A DNA stretch of 64,000 nt from an uncultured Acidobacteriota bacterium (GTDB taxonomy: Bacteria > Acidobacteriota > Thermoanaerobaculia > Gp7-AA8): positions 224,001 through 288,000 of the forward strand of contig CAVUKB010000004.1 in NCBI GenBank assembly GCA_963741955.1, given 5' to 3'. Positions 9,552 to 19,600 of this stretch are shown here, in pieces. Each line of letters opens with the position of its first letter. The first letter of the stretch is position 1. The translations under genes were made by a program, and so were the position numbers. Under the pieces are notes generated by a model that worked only from the letters and a program-made list of their open reading frames with translations, did no database searches and was not told where the DNA came from.

Positions 9552-11048
9552 ATGAGTGAAGGGATGGACAACACCCGCGGGATCGTCAATGCTCCCGAGT
9601 TTCCGAAGGACCACGACTGGCTGAACGCCGGGCGGCCCCTCACGATGAAGGAGCTGCGCGGGAAGGTGGTCATTCTCGAGTTCTGGACCTTCTGCTGAAT
9701 CAACTGCCACCACAATGTCGCGCAGTTGCGCCGACTTCGAGAGCATTTTCCGGACGAGCTGGTGGTGATCGGCGTCCATTCGGCGAAGTTCCCGTCCGAG
9801 AAGGAGACGGAAAACGTTCGTCAGGCGGTGATGCGCCACGGTATCGAACATCCGGTGATCAACGACCGCGGGTTCCGCATCTGGAACGACTACGGAATTC
9901 ATGCCTGGCCGACGGTGGTGCTGATCGACCCGAACGGCAAGGTGGTCGGGATGAAGCCGGGAGAGATCGACGCCGATGAGTACATCCCGCTGATCGACTC
10001 GATTCTGGAACGGAACGCGGATCGGATCGACCGCTCACCGCTGCCGGTCGGATCGGAGAAGAGCCTCGAGCGCGAACGCCTTCTTTCGTTTCCGTCGAAG
10101 CTTCTCCTGGCGGACGAACGGTTGTTCATCGCGGATACCGGGCACCACCGCATTCTCGAGCTCCGGCTCGGGGAAGGAACCGACGCGGAGATTCTGCGCA
10201 TCTTCGGAAGCGGCGCGGAAGGATTCGACAACGGCCATTACGAGAACGCCTCGTTCCGGGATCCCCACGGGATGGCGCTCGAGGGATCGAGCCTCTATGT
10301 GGCAGACACCGGCAACCACGCGATCCGAGCGGTCGACCTCGAGGGGGGCTACGTCCGCACGGTCGCCGGAACGGGAGAGAAGGGGAGCTGGCGTCTTCAG
10401 GTCGGAAGGGCGCGGGAGGTGGCGCTCCGTTCTCCCTGGGCGCTGCAGGTGACCGATGCGGAGACGCTTCTGGTCGCACTCGCGGGATCGCACCAGATCG
10501 GGCTACTGCTCCACGAGGAGCAGATCGGTCCATTCGCGGGGAGCGGGCAGGAAGCGCTGGTGGACGGTCCGCGCGAGACCGCCGGATTCAATCAGCCCAG
10601 CGACATCGCGTTCGGGATGGATCACGTCTTCGTCGCCGACTCGGAAGCGAGCGCCATCCGCGCGATCGTTCTCGACGAACCGCTGCGCGTGATGACCATG
10701 GTCGGGCAGGGACTGTTCGAGTTCGGGGACGTCGACGGCACGGGCGCCGAAGTCCGGTTACAGCACCCGACCGGGATCGCGCTGGGTGAAGACGGTCAGA
10801 TCTACATCGCCGACAGCTACAACCACAAGATCAAGGTGCTCGACCCTGCCACCGGGAGGACGACGTCTCTGATCGGGAGCGGACGGGCGGGCGATCGCGA
10901 CGGCCCGTTCGACGAGGTCGAGCTCCGCGAGCCGGAAGGAGTGGTCGAGCGGGGCGGAGTGCTCTACATCGCGGACACCAACAACCACGCGATCCGGGTC
11001 GCCGATCTCGCCGCACGCACGGTGAGGACGCTCGAGATTCGAGGCTAG
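9552..11048 (+). CDS. Thioredoxin-like + NHL-repeat protein (NHLRC2/SOQ1-like), probable selenoprotein with in-frame UGA at 9696-9698
   Basis: ATG 9552 after a purine-rich RBS reads ...[40 protein letters not shown]..., in frame with track ORF 9726..11048 ([27 protein letters not shown] repeats). The TGA occupies a Cys position of the family motif CCINC. Confidence 0.88.
9701..9728 (+). promoter_or_regulatory. Candidate SECIS-like hairpin just 3' of the UGA
   Basis: CAACTGC (9701-9707) pairs perfectly with GCAGTTG (9722-9728), starting 2 nt after the UGA. Confidence 0.5.
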
Positions 11049-11059
11049 GAGTCTGCGCG

Positions 11060-11196
11060 GTAGAAACTGTCCTACTGCGAAAGCGGATCAGCGGTCCAAA
11101 TCCGCCCCGATTTTCGGCGAGTAGCCACCGCTACGCACCTCAAATCCGAACGAATTTGGCCTCGCTGCTCCGCTTTCTCGCTACGGACGTTTCTAC
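11060..11196. repeat. Long imperfect palindrome (MITE/REP-like) between convergent genes
   Basis: GTAGAAAC...GAAAGCGGATCAGCG...CCAAAT pairs with ATTTGG...CGCTGCTCCGCTTTC...GTTTCTAC; central mini-hairpin GTAGC-CACC-GCTAC. Confidence 0.7.
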
Positions 11197-11204
11197 GGCT
11201 AGGC

Positions 11205-11240
11205 CCGAGTCTCGAGCCTCGAGCCTCGAATCTCGAGCTT
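11205..11240. repeat. Short CTCGAGC-type heptamer tract after the VIT1 stop
   Basis: cccgagt ctcgagc ctcgagc ctcgaat ctcgagc. Confidence 0.65.
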
Positions 11241-11242
11241 CA

Positions 11243-12370
11243 TCACCCTCCCAGCGAGACTCCAACGAGCCGTCCGATGCCGTACACCAGTGCCGCGGCG
11301 GTGAGGCCGAACACGACCTGGCGTCCTCCGGAGAGAATCACGGGGCGGCCGGTGAAGAGGGTGATCGCACTGCCGATGGCGAAGAGGCCGATGGTGCTGA
11401 ATCCGACGCTCCACGCCACCGCGTCCATTCCGCTGGTGAAGAAGTACGGGATGACCGGAATGATCGCGCCGACCGCGAAGAGGAAGAACGAGGTGATCGC
11501 CGCTTCCCATGCCGATCCCCCGAGCTCTTCCGGATTGATGCCGAGCTCTTCACGTGCGAGGGTGTCGAGCGCGGTCTCGTGGTTGGACATCATCTGCTCG
11601 GCCAGATCGAGCGCGCGCGCCTCGTCCAGTCCCCGACTCTGGTAGATGAGCGCGAGCTCTTCTTTCTCCTCTTCCGGCGCGGCGATCAGTTCCGCTTCCT
11701 CCGTCGCGATCTGATGCTCGTACAGCTCCCGTGAGCTCTTCACCGAAAGCCACTCCCCGAGAGCCATCGATCCGGCTCCGGCGAGGAGTCCGGCGAGTCC
11801 GGTGATCAGAATCGAGCGGGCAGCCATCGCCGCACCGGCCACTCCCATCACCAGGCTCAGATTCGAGACGAGGCCATCGTTCGCGCCGAGCACCGCGGCG
11901 CGGAGAGCGTTTCCCCCGGCGGTGCGGTGGCGTCCCTCCATCCGCGCGACCTGACTCCCTTCGAACCCTCCCGGCACCCCGCTCATCAGCCGAAGCACGC
12001 GCGCGTGCGAGCGCTCTTCGGCGTCGAGCTCGGCCGCGTCGGGCTGCTGCGCGTACTTGTGGCTGTCGGCCCGCTCGAGTGACTGCACACTGGGGAGCAC
12101 GGAGCCGACGCCGAAGCGTTTCGCGATCCAGCCGAGAGTGCGCGTACGCCAGGAAGGGCGGAACTTCGGAGTCGGTACCCCGGCCCGCTCCAGCCGGTAA
12201 CGCCAGGTCTCGGCGTGTTTCCGTTCGACGGACGCGAGGCGCCGGTAGACCTCCGAGAGCTTCGGGTCCTTTTCCGCGTCTGCGATCGCGTCGTAGAGCG
12301 CGGCTCCGTTCAATTCGTCTTCCAGGTTTTCGAGAAGTCGCTCTTTCTCTGATTCGGAAATCTCTTTCAT
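11243..12370 (-). CDS. Ferritin/rubrerythrin-like domain fused to a VIT1/CCC1 transporter (Fe/Mn exporter)
   Basis: N-terminal ExxH motifs (ERKHA, ERSHA); VIT1 motifs LRAAVLGANDGL and SMALGEWLSVKS. Upstream TTGACC-17-TACAAA promoter. Start re-called at 12370. Confidence 0.9.
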   Translation of the reverse strand: MKEISESEKERLLENLEDELNGAALYDAIADAEKDPKLSEVYRRLASVERKHAETWRYRLERAGVPTPKFRPSWRTRTLGWIAKRFGVGSVLPSVQSLERADSHKYAQQPDAAELDAEERSHARVLRLMSGVPGGFEGSQVARMEGRHRTAGGNALRAAVLGANDGLVSNLSLVMGVAGAAMAARSILITGLAGLLAGAGSMALGEWLSVKSSRELYEHQIATEEAELIAAPEEEKEELALIYQSRGLDEARALDLAEQMMSNHETALDTLAREELGINPEELGGSAWEAAITSFFLFAVGAIIPVIPYFFTSGMDAVAWSVGFSTIGLFAIGSAITLFTGRPVILSGGRQVVFGLTAAALVYGIGRLVGVSLGG

Positions 12371-12547
12371 CTCGTACCGCCCCCGCGGTTTGTAGCGGAG
12401 TGCGAGGGTGAGGTCAATGGCAACGTTCAATCCGCTGTCTGTCACGAAGCTGCAAACCATCCGCGATGAGCGTGACCCCGGAATCGATTCCCTGTCTCAA
12501 ACGTCAATAGAGTCATCGCGGGGGCGACCTCGATTCCTGGAGGTGTG

Positions 12548-13159
12548 ATGAGAGCGAGAATCCTTGCCGTTTGTCTGTTTCTGACCGTATCGACGGTTGC
12601 GTTCGCCGGTGAGACGTACGTAGTCGATTCGAATCACTCGGATGTGACGTTCCAGATCCGGCACCTCGTTTCGAAGGTGAGCGGGCGCTTCGGCGACTTC
12701 TCCGGGACGATCGACTTCGACCGTGCGAAGCCGGAACGATCTTCCGTCGACTTCGTCATCCGGACGGCCAGCATCGATACGAACGTCGAGCGGCGCGACA
12801 ACCACCTTCGCAGTGCCGATTTCTTCGACGTGCAGAAGTATCCGGAGATCACATTTCACAGCACGAAGATCGTCCCGGCAGGGAAGGATCGCTTCAACGT
12901 ATCGGGCGATTTCACGATGCACGGCGTGACGAAGCAGATCACGCTGCCGGTCACCATCACCGGATTCATGAAGGATCCCGGCGGTAAGGAGCGGGCGGGA
13001 TTCGAGGCGTCGACGGTCCTCGACCGGAAGGACTACGGAGTCGTCTGGAACCGCACCCTCGACTCGGGGGGGTATCTCCTCGGCGACGACGTGACGATCG
13101 AGATCGCCCTCGAGACGGTGCACCAGGACCCTGCGACCGTTCCCGAACCGAGTAAATAG
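12548..13159 (+). CDS. YceI family periplasmic protein
   Basis: Signal peptide; HSDVTF..RHL, RDNHLRSADFFD, LDRKDYG; GGAGG RBS. Confidence 0.93.
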   Translation: MRARILAVCLFLTVSTVAFAGETYVVDSNHSDVTFQIRHLVSKVSGRFGDFSGTIDFDRAKPERSSVDFVIRTASIDTNVERRDNHLRSADFFDVQKYPEITFHSTKIVPAGKDRFNVSGDFTMHGVTKQITLPVTITGFMKDPGGKERAGFEASTVLDRKDYGVVWNRTLDSGGYLLGDDVTIEIALETVHQDPATVPEPSK

Positions 13160-13317
13160 CGGAAGTGTAAGGCGACATCCGATTCGGCTGTGCCGTATCA
13201 TGTATGTCAGGCGGACGAAACCCGGAGCAGGCCGGGAACGTCTCACCGGACAAGCACGCAGAGCGACTCCCGATCCGCCCTCCTCGCTCCGGGCGGTCGC
13301 GAGAGCGAGGAGGAGTG

Positions 13318-13572
13318 TTGACCGGCTCACGCCAGGAGATTCACAAGCTCGCGGTCAGTGAGGACTGCCCGAGGTGCCATCACGAGAAGACTCTCGGGAC
13401 GGGATTGTGCCATCGGTGCCGGTCTCAGCTTCCGGCGAACATGCGGCGCGAGCTCGTCGCGATCGAGACGCAGGAAGTCGGAAAGGTCGTGCGGGCGATG
13501 CGCGCAGCGGCCAACTACTTTCATCTTCATTTCCAATCCATCCGGAACTTCGGTGGCGGCCGGAGGAAGTGA
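13318..13572 (+). CDS. Small hypothetical protein (84 aa) with a CxxC...CxxC zinc-ribbon-like motif
   Basis: GAGGAGG RBS before GTG/TTG; CPRC...CHRC. Confidence 0.65.
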   Translation: MTGSRQEIHKLAVSEDCPRCHHEKTLGTGLCHRCRSQLPANMRRELVAIETQEVGKVVRAMRAAANYFHLHFQSIRNFGGGRRK

Positions 13573-13669
13573 CGCCCCTTTTCCCTCTCTGAGTCGCATT
13601 TCGCTACGGAAGTCCCTACATTGAGATGGAAGCACCGGTCTCCCGTCGGGTGCCTCGAAGGAGGCCCGC

Positions 13670-14146
13670 ATGACTCCCTCGGTGGAGCGAAATGGGAGAG
13701 GTAGGATTGCAGCGGAATCGATGGCTCTGGCGATGCTCCTGTTGCTGGCGGCCGGCCCTGGTCTCGCGGATTGGAATCCCTCACTCAAGCACGCGACGAT
13801 CCCGATGCCCGTGATGGGCGCGGAGGTTTCGGTTCCGGCACTCTACTGCAACAGGAAACTGGTGCAGCTCGACTCGGTCCGCTTCGAAGCGGATCCCGCC
13901 GCGCCGGGAGAGATCGTCCGAGGAGAGTGGGTCTTCACCGGACGCAGCCGGAGCGGAACCAGCCAGCGGCTGAAGGTGATCGTCGGGCCGGTCGACGTGA
14001 ACGGGAACCGCATGGGTCGTTTCCGGTCGGTGGGATCGATGGCGCCGCACGCGGGACGCTTCGAGATCCGCGTGCCGATGCAGATCTCGCGCGATCAATG
14101 GAATGCAGCGACGGCGCTGAAGATCACCGCTTGCTGGGGATACTGA
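13670..14146 (+). CDS. Hypothetical secreted protein
   Basis: GGAGG RBS; hydrophobic signal MALAMLLLLAAGPGLA; beta-rich-looking body. Confidence 0.6.
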   Translation: MTPSVERNGRGRIAAESMALAMLLLLAAGPGLADWNPSLKHATIPMPVMGAEVSVPALYCNRKLVQLDSVRFEADPAAPGEIVRGEWVFTGRSRSGTSQRLKVIVGPVDVNGNRMGRFRSVGSMAPHAGRFEIRVPMQISRDQWNAATALKITACWGY

Positions 14147-14169
14147 GCCGGATCGTATAATCGCCGCCG

Positions 14170-16488
14170 GTGATGCTTCCTCTCCCGATCGACAGCCGCG
14201 CGGACGAGATCCTCGCCCGCGTCCGGCGCGAGCGGGCGCTGGTACTCGTCGCGCCGCCGGGATCGGGGAAGACCACGCGGATCCCGCCGCTGCTCGCGGC
14301 GGACGGCCCGACGATTCTGCTGCAACCGCGTCGCGTCGCGGCTCGCTCGCTCACCCGCCGTATCGCTGCCGAGCGCGGATGGACGGTCGGACGTGAAGTG
14401 GGATGGCAGATCCGCTTCGAGCGGAACTTCGGTCCGGAGACCAGGCTCCTCGTGGCGACGGAAGGGATTCTCACGCGGCGGCTCGAATCGGATCCTCTCC
14501 TCAGTGACTTCACAACGGTGGTGCTGGACGAATTCCACGAGCGGAGCGTCCACTCCGATCTTGCGCTCGCGCTCGCGCGTGAGGCGTTCCGTTCGCGGGA
14601 CGACCTTCGCCTGGTGGTGATGTCGGCGACGCTCGATGCGACGCGGGTCGCGGAATACCTCGGGTGCGACGTGGTCGAAGTGCCGGGACGCGTGCATCCG
14701 CTGGAGATCGAGTACGCTCCCCGGGCAACCGTCGCCGGCGCAGTCGAGGCGCTGCTGAAGAGTGACTCCGGAGACGTTCTCGTCTTTCTCCCCGGAGCTC
14801 GTGAGATCCGTGACGCGGAACAGGAGCTGCGGTCGGGAGCGGGAAGAGATCTCGACGTTCTCCCTCTTCATGGAGGCCTGACCCCCGAGGAGCAGGATTC
14901 GGCGTTGCAGCAGTCGGCACGGCGGAAAGTGATCCTCGCGACGAACATCGCGGAGACTTCGCTGACCGTCGAAGGGGTCAGTGCCGTGGTCGACGGAGGT
15001 CTGCACCGGATCGTCCGCTTCGACGAATCCCGAGGAATCGACGAGCTGGTGACGGAGCGAATCCCGCGTGATTCGGCCGAACAGCGCGCCGGTCGTGCTG
15101 CACGTACCGGCGCAGGAAGAGTGATCCGGCTGTGGGACGAACGGGATTTCCTCGAGGCTCATCGCGAGCCGGAGATCCTCCGTGTCGATCTCGCTCCTCT
15201 CCTTCTCGACATCATCGCCTGGGGCGGCGATCCGCACGCGTTCCCGTGGTTCGATCCACCGCGGCCGGAGAAGATCGACGCGGCCCTCGAGCTTCTCGAA
15301 CGGCTCGACGCGATCGATGGCCGGCGGATCGCTCCGATCGGCCAGCGGATGCAGAAGTTTCCTCTCCACCCCCGGCTGGCCCGAGTTCTGATCGAGGCGG
15401 GGCCGTCACGCCGCGCCGCCGCACTCTGTGCAGTCATCTCGGAACCGGTGAGCTGGCGTGGGGGAGACGTGGCGACGGATTCCGACGTGCTGACTCTGGT
15501 GGACCACATCGAGTCGTTGCCGTTCGGAGTGCGTCGTGCGGCGGAGGAGATCGGCCGGATCGCCTCCGCGGTCCTGCGGGGAAGCTCATCCGACGAATCG
15601 GATGCCGCCCTTCGCCGGGCGCTGTTTCTCGGATTCGCGGACCGTGTCGCCAGGAGAAGGTCACCGGGTACGGATCGATTCCTCATGGCCAACGGGAGCG
15701 GTGCGATTCTTTCGCGCGACAGCGGCGTGAAGAGTGCGGAGTGGATCGTCGCAGTGGACGTGGATGGAGGCGCGCGAAGGAGCGGACCGGAGGCGTTGAT
15801 ACGTATGGCGAGCGCCGTCGATCCGGAGTGGCTGGCGCCGACCGGAACGGACACCGGGCATCGCCTCGCCGACGACGGGAGAAGCGTCACTGCGACTCGG
15901 CGGGCGTGGTACGGCAGGATTCTCCTCTCGGAGTCGCCGGACCGGCCGGTCCCGGAGGTCGCGAGTGGTCTTCTGGTGGATGCGGTTCTGACCAGACCTG
16001 CGGATGCGCGGTCGGAGCAGCTCCTCCGGCGACTCCGATTCGCGGGAGTGTTCCTCGATCTGGAGCGGACCGTCTCCACAGCGCTCGAGGGGGTCACGTC
16101 TTTACCTCGAGGATTCGATCTCCTTCAGCTGATTTCTCACCGCGACCGCAAGAAGCTCGATCAGCTCGCGCCGGAATCGCTGCCGGTGCCGAGCGGGCGG
16201 AATGTCCATCTCGACTACCGCGACGATGGTTCGGTGATCGCGCCGGTGAAGCTGCAGGAGCTCTTCGGCCTTGCCGAGACGCCGCGCATCGGGCCGAATC
16301 AGGTGCCGGTGGTTTTCTCTCTCCTCGGTCCGAACGGCCGTCCGGTACAGACGACGTCGGATCTGCGCAGCTTCTGGGAGCGGACGTATCCCGAGGTCCG
16401 GAAGGAGCTGCGTGGGCGCTATCCCAGGCATCCATGGCCGGAAGATCCGTGGAATGCGACGCCGACGGCGCGGACGAAGAAGAGGTGA
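14170..16488 (+). CDS. hrpB: ATP-dependent helicase HrpB
   Basis: APPGSGKTT, DEFHER, SAT, TNIAETSLT, QRAGRAAR; HrpB C-terminus FWERTYPEVRKELRGRYPRHPWPEDP. Confidence 0.95.
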   Translation: MMLPLPIDSRADEILARVRRERALVLVAPPGSGKTTRIPPLLAADGPTILLQPRRVAARSLTRRIAAERGWTVGREVGWQIRFERNFGPETRLLVATEGILTRRLESDPLLSDFTTVVLDEFHERSVHSDLALALAREAFRSRDDLRLVVMSATLDATRVAEYLGCDVVEVPGRVHPLEIEYAPRATVAGAVEALLKSDSGDVLVFLPGAREIRDAEQELRSGAGRDLDVLPLHGGLTPEEQDSALQQSARRKVILATNIAETSLTVEGVSAVVDGGLHRIVRFDESRGIDELVTERIPRDSAEQRAGRAARTGAGRVIRLWDERDFLEAHREPEILRVDLAPLLLDIIAWGGDPHAFPWFDPPRPEKIDAALELLERLDAIDGRRIAPIGQRMQKFPLHPRLARVLIEAGPSRRAAALCAVISEPVSWRGGDVATDSDVLTLVDHIESLPFGVRRAAEEIGRIASAVLRGSSSDESDAALRRALFLGFADRVARRRSPGTDRFLMANGSGAILSRDSGVKSAEWIVAVDVDGGARRSGPEALIRMASAVDPEWLAPTGTDTGHRLADDGRSVTATRRAWYGRILLSESPDRPVPEVASGLLVDAVLTRPADARSEQLLRRLRFAGVFLDLERTVSTALEGVTSLPRGFDLLQLISHRDRKKLDQLAPESLPVPSGRNVHLDYRDDGSVIAPVKLQELFGLAETPRIGPNQVPVVFSLLGPNGRPVQTTSDLRSFWERTYPEVRKELRGRYPRHPWPEDPWNATPTARTKKR

Positions 16489-16582
16489 GTCTACCGCCGG
16501 CCCCCCCCCCGGCCACCAATCCCGATGGGAAGAGGGACGAGACGGAGATTCGTTGCGGGGCGGCTCGGAAATGGGAGGAGAG

Positions 16583-16608
16583 GGGCCCGGGGCGTTTGCC
16601 CCGGGCCC
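16583..16608 (-). terminator. GC-rich hairpin between convergent genes
   Basis: GGGCCCGGGGC-GTTT-GCCCCGGGCCC, followed by a pyrimidine run on the minus strand. Confidence 0.65.
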
Positions 16609-16618
16609 GCCGAAGCTG

Positions 16619-19600
16619 CTACTGCGTCGCGATGTCGTCGACGTACGTGAGTGTCGCGTCGCCCGAGTAGTTGTCGTCGTGGCTGGTGAGCGTCAGGGTG
16701 ATGCTGTGGCCAGCGGTTGCGTTGCCCGTGACCTGGTGCCAGGTACTGTTGTTCGTGCAGGTCTTGCCCAGGAGCGTGGTGGTCGTACCGGTGGTGTTGT
16801 CCTTGAGCGTCGCTGTGAACCAGTCGTAGGTCACCGTATCGGGGCAGGTCAGGTAGTACGAGAACGTCACCGTGCTCGTACCGGCCGGCATGGTTACCGT
16901 CTGCGAGATGGTGCTGTCGCCGTTGGTGGGGGAGGTGCTGCCGAGGCGCGCACTGTACGTGCCGCTGTGCGCCAGCGCCGTCGAGGCGCTTTCCGATGCG
17001 CCCGTGGTCGTCCAGCTGGAGAGCGAACCGGTCTCGAATCCCGGGTTGGCGAAGGCGTTGCCGCCGCCACTGCAAGCGGCGGTGGTCGCCTGTGCCTGGG
17101 CGGAGTTGCCGGAAGCGCAGGTGCCGTTGCTGGCCTGGACGACGTAGTAGTAGGTCGTGCCGCAGGTCAGGCCACTGTCACTGAAGGAGGTGCTCGTCGA
17201 GGTGCCGGCCTGGGTGTACGGTCCGCCGCTGGTCGTGGAGCGGAGGATGGAATACGAGGTCGCACCCGAAGAGGCGTTCCAGGAGACAGTGGCGGAGGTC
17301 TGTGATGAGGATCTCGCGCTCACCCCGGTCGGTGCTGCCGGAGGCGTGCAGCCGCTGCCGCCGCCGACCGCGAAGATCAGGTCGTCGTGATCGTCATACG
17401 AGCCGGTCGTGCACGACGAGGCGCTCCCGTTGTAGCGGAAGGTTCCGCGGATCGCCTGCATGCTTCCCGCGGGGAGGGTGTAGGTGGCGGTCAGGGTCTG
17501 GGCGCCCGAGCCGGTGGGATTGATGGTGCCGATGAGCGTCCAGGTCGGGTTCGACGCGTCTGCCGCGTAGTAGAGATCGAGGTGATCGGAGCTGTAGGTA
17601 GAGTACGCCCAGACAGTGGCGGTGACCTTCACGCTCTTGCCGGCGGCGAAGCTGCTGCCGTCGGTGGTCTCGATCTCGAGCCGGTCGAGCGACTCGTCGG
17701 AGTGGAAGCTTCCGGAGCTGCCGTCGGCGCAGGAGCTGTTGATGGTGTTGGGTTGATTGGGCTCGGCGCCGCCGCTGAGGGAGTCGCGGCCGAGAATGAG
17801 TGAAGCGCCGGTGTCGCAGGATGTGCCGACGGTGCTTCCGCAGCTCGGCGCCTTACGGCTCGAATCGTAAGTGGCGGTCAGTGCGCCGCCACCGCCACAA
17901 GCGGCGGTGGTCGCCTGTGCCTGGGCGGAGTTGCCGGAAGCGCAGGTGCCGTTGCTGGCCTGGACGACGTAGTAGTAAGTGGTGTTGCAGGTCAGGCCAC
18001 TGTCACTGAAGGAAGTGCTCGTCGAGGTGCCGGCCTGACTGTACGGTCCGCCGCTCGTGGTGGAGCGGAAGATGGCGTACGAGGTCGCACCCGAAGAAGC
18101 GTTCCAGGAGACAGTGGCGGACGTCTGTGATGAGGAGCTCGCGCCTACGCCGGTCGGTGCCGCCGGAGGCGTGCATGGACACGAGGCGGTGGTCGCCTGT
18201 GCCTGGGAGGAGTTGCCGGAAGCGCAGGTGCCGTTGCTGGCCTGGACGACGTAGTAGTAGGTCGTGTTGCAGGTAAGGCCACTGTCACTGAAGGAGGTGC
18301 TCGTCGAGGTGCCGGCCTGGGTGTACGGTCCGCCGCTGGTCGTGGAGCGGAGGATGGTATACGAGGTCGCACCCGAAGAAGCATTCCAGGAGACGGTGGC
18401 GGAGGTCTGAGACGAAGAGCTCGCGCTCACCCCGGTCGGTGCTGCCGGAGGCGTGCAGCCGCTGCCGCCGCCGACCGCGAAGATCAGGTCGTCGTGATCG
18501 TCATACGAGCCGGTCGTGCACGACGAGGCACTCCCGTTGTAGCGGAAGGTTCCGCGGATCGCCTGCATGCTTCCCGCGGGGAGGGTGTAGGTGGCGGTCA
18601 GAGTCTGGGCGCCCGAGCCGGTGGGATTGATGGTGCCGATGAGCGTCCAGGTCGGGTTCGAGGCGTCTGCCGCGTAGTAGAGATCGAGGTGATCGGAGCT
18701 GTAGGTAGAGTACGCCCAGACAGTGGCGGTGACCTTCACGCTCTTGCCGGCGGCGAAGCTGCTGCCGTCGGTGGTCTCGATCTCGAGCCGGTCGAGCGAC
18801 TCGTCGGAGTGGAAGCTTCCGGAGCTGCCGTCGGCGCAGGAGCTGTTGATGGTATTGGGTTGATTGGGCTCGGCGCCGCCGCTGAGGGAGTCGCGGCCGA
18901 GAATGAGTGAAGCGCCGGTGTCGCAGGAACTGCCGACGGTGCTGCCGCAGCTCGGCGCCTTACGGCTCGAATCGTAGCTGGCGGTCAGTGCGCCGCCACT
19001 GCTGCAAGTGGACGTGGTTGCCTGTGCCTGGGCGGAGTTGCCCGATGCGCAGGTGCCGTTGCTGGCCTGGACGACGTAGTAGTAGGTCGTATTGCAGGAG
19101 AGCCCCGTGTCGGTGAAGGAGGTCGACGTCGAGGTGCCGGCCTGCGAATACGGTCCGCCGCTCGCGTTCGAGCGGAGGATGATGTATGAGGTTGCGCCCG
19201 ATGAAGCGGTCCAGGAGACGGTCGCGCCGCTCTGAGACGAAGAGCTCGCGCTCACGCCGGTGGGTGCCGCGGGAGGCGTGCAGCTGCTTCCGCTGTCGTC
19301 GATGACCTTCGCGGACCAGATTTCTTCCTTTCCGCCGCTCCGGCGATCCGTCCAGGAAGGCCAGAACTGGCCGTTGATTCCCGAGACGGTCGCATAGTCA
19401 CCGTACTGGTTGCCGGAATCGGCTCCCGACGTAGTCTCGTTGGTCGAAGCCGTAGTGACCTTGAGAGGAGTCGTCCAGGTCTGGCCGCCGTCGTTCGAGG
19501 ACTGGTAATAGATGTTCGCGCTGGTGCGGGAGCTGTCGCCGACGGTGTCGTAGTAAGTGACGCCGATCTTTCCGGTCGTTTCGTCGACGACCATCCAGGG

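Noticed and set aside
9696-9698. Nonsense mutation making the thioredoxin-NHL gene a pseudogene
   Set aside because: The TGA falls exactly on the redox Cys codon, the rest of the gene is intact and a hairpin follows. Sec is the simpler explanation, though a mutation is not excluded.
13214-13245. c-di-GMP-I riboswitch call
   Set aside because: Only partial resemblance (GAAACC...GGAACG); it lacks the GNRA loop and the GCAAAG junction. Kept as an unassigned structured leader.
16498-16512. Poly-C tract as a phase-variation site
   Set aside because: It is intergenic between convergent genes, so a length change would affect neither a frame nor a promoter.
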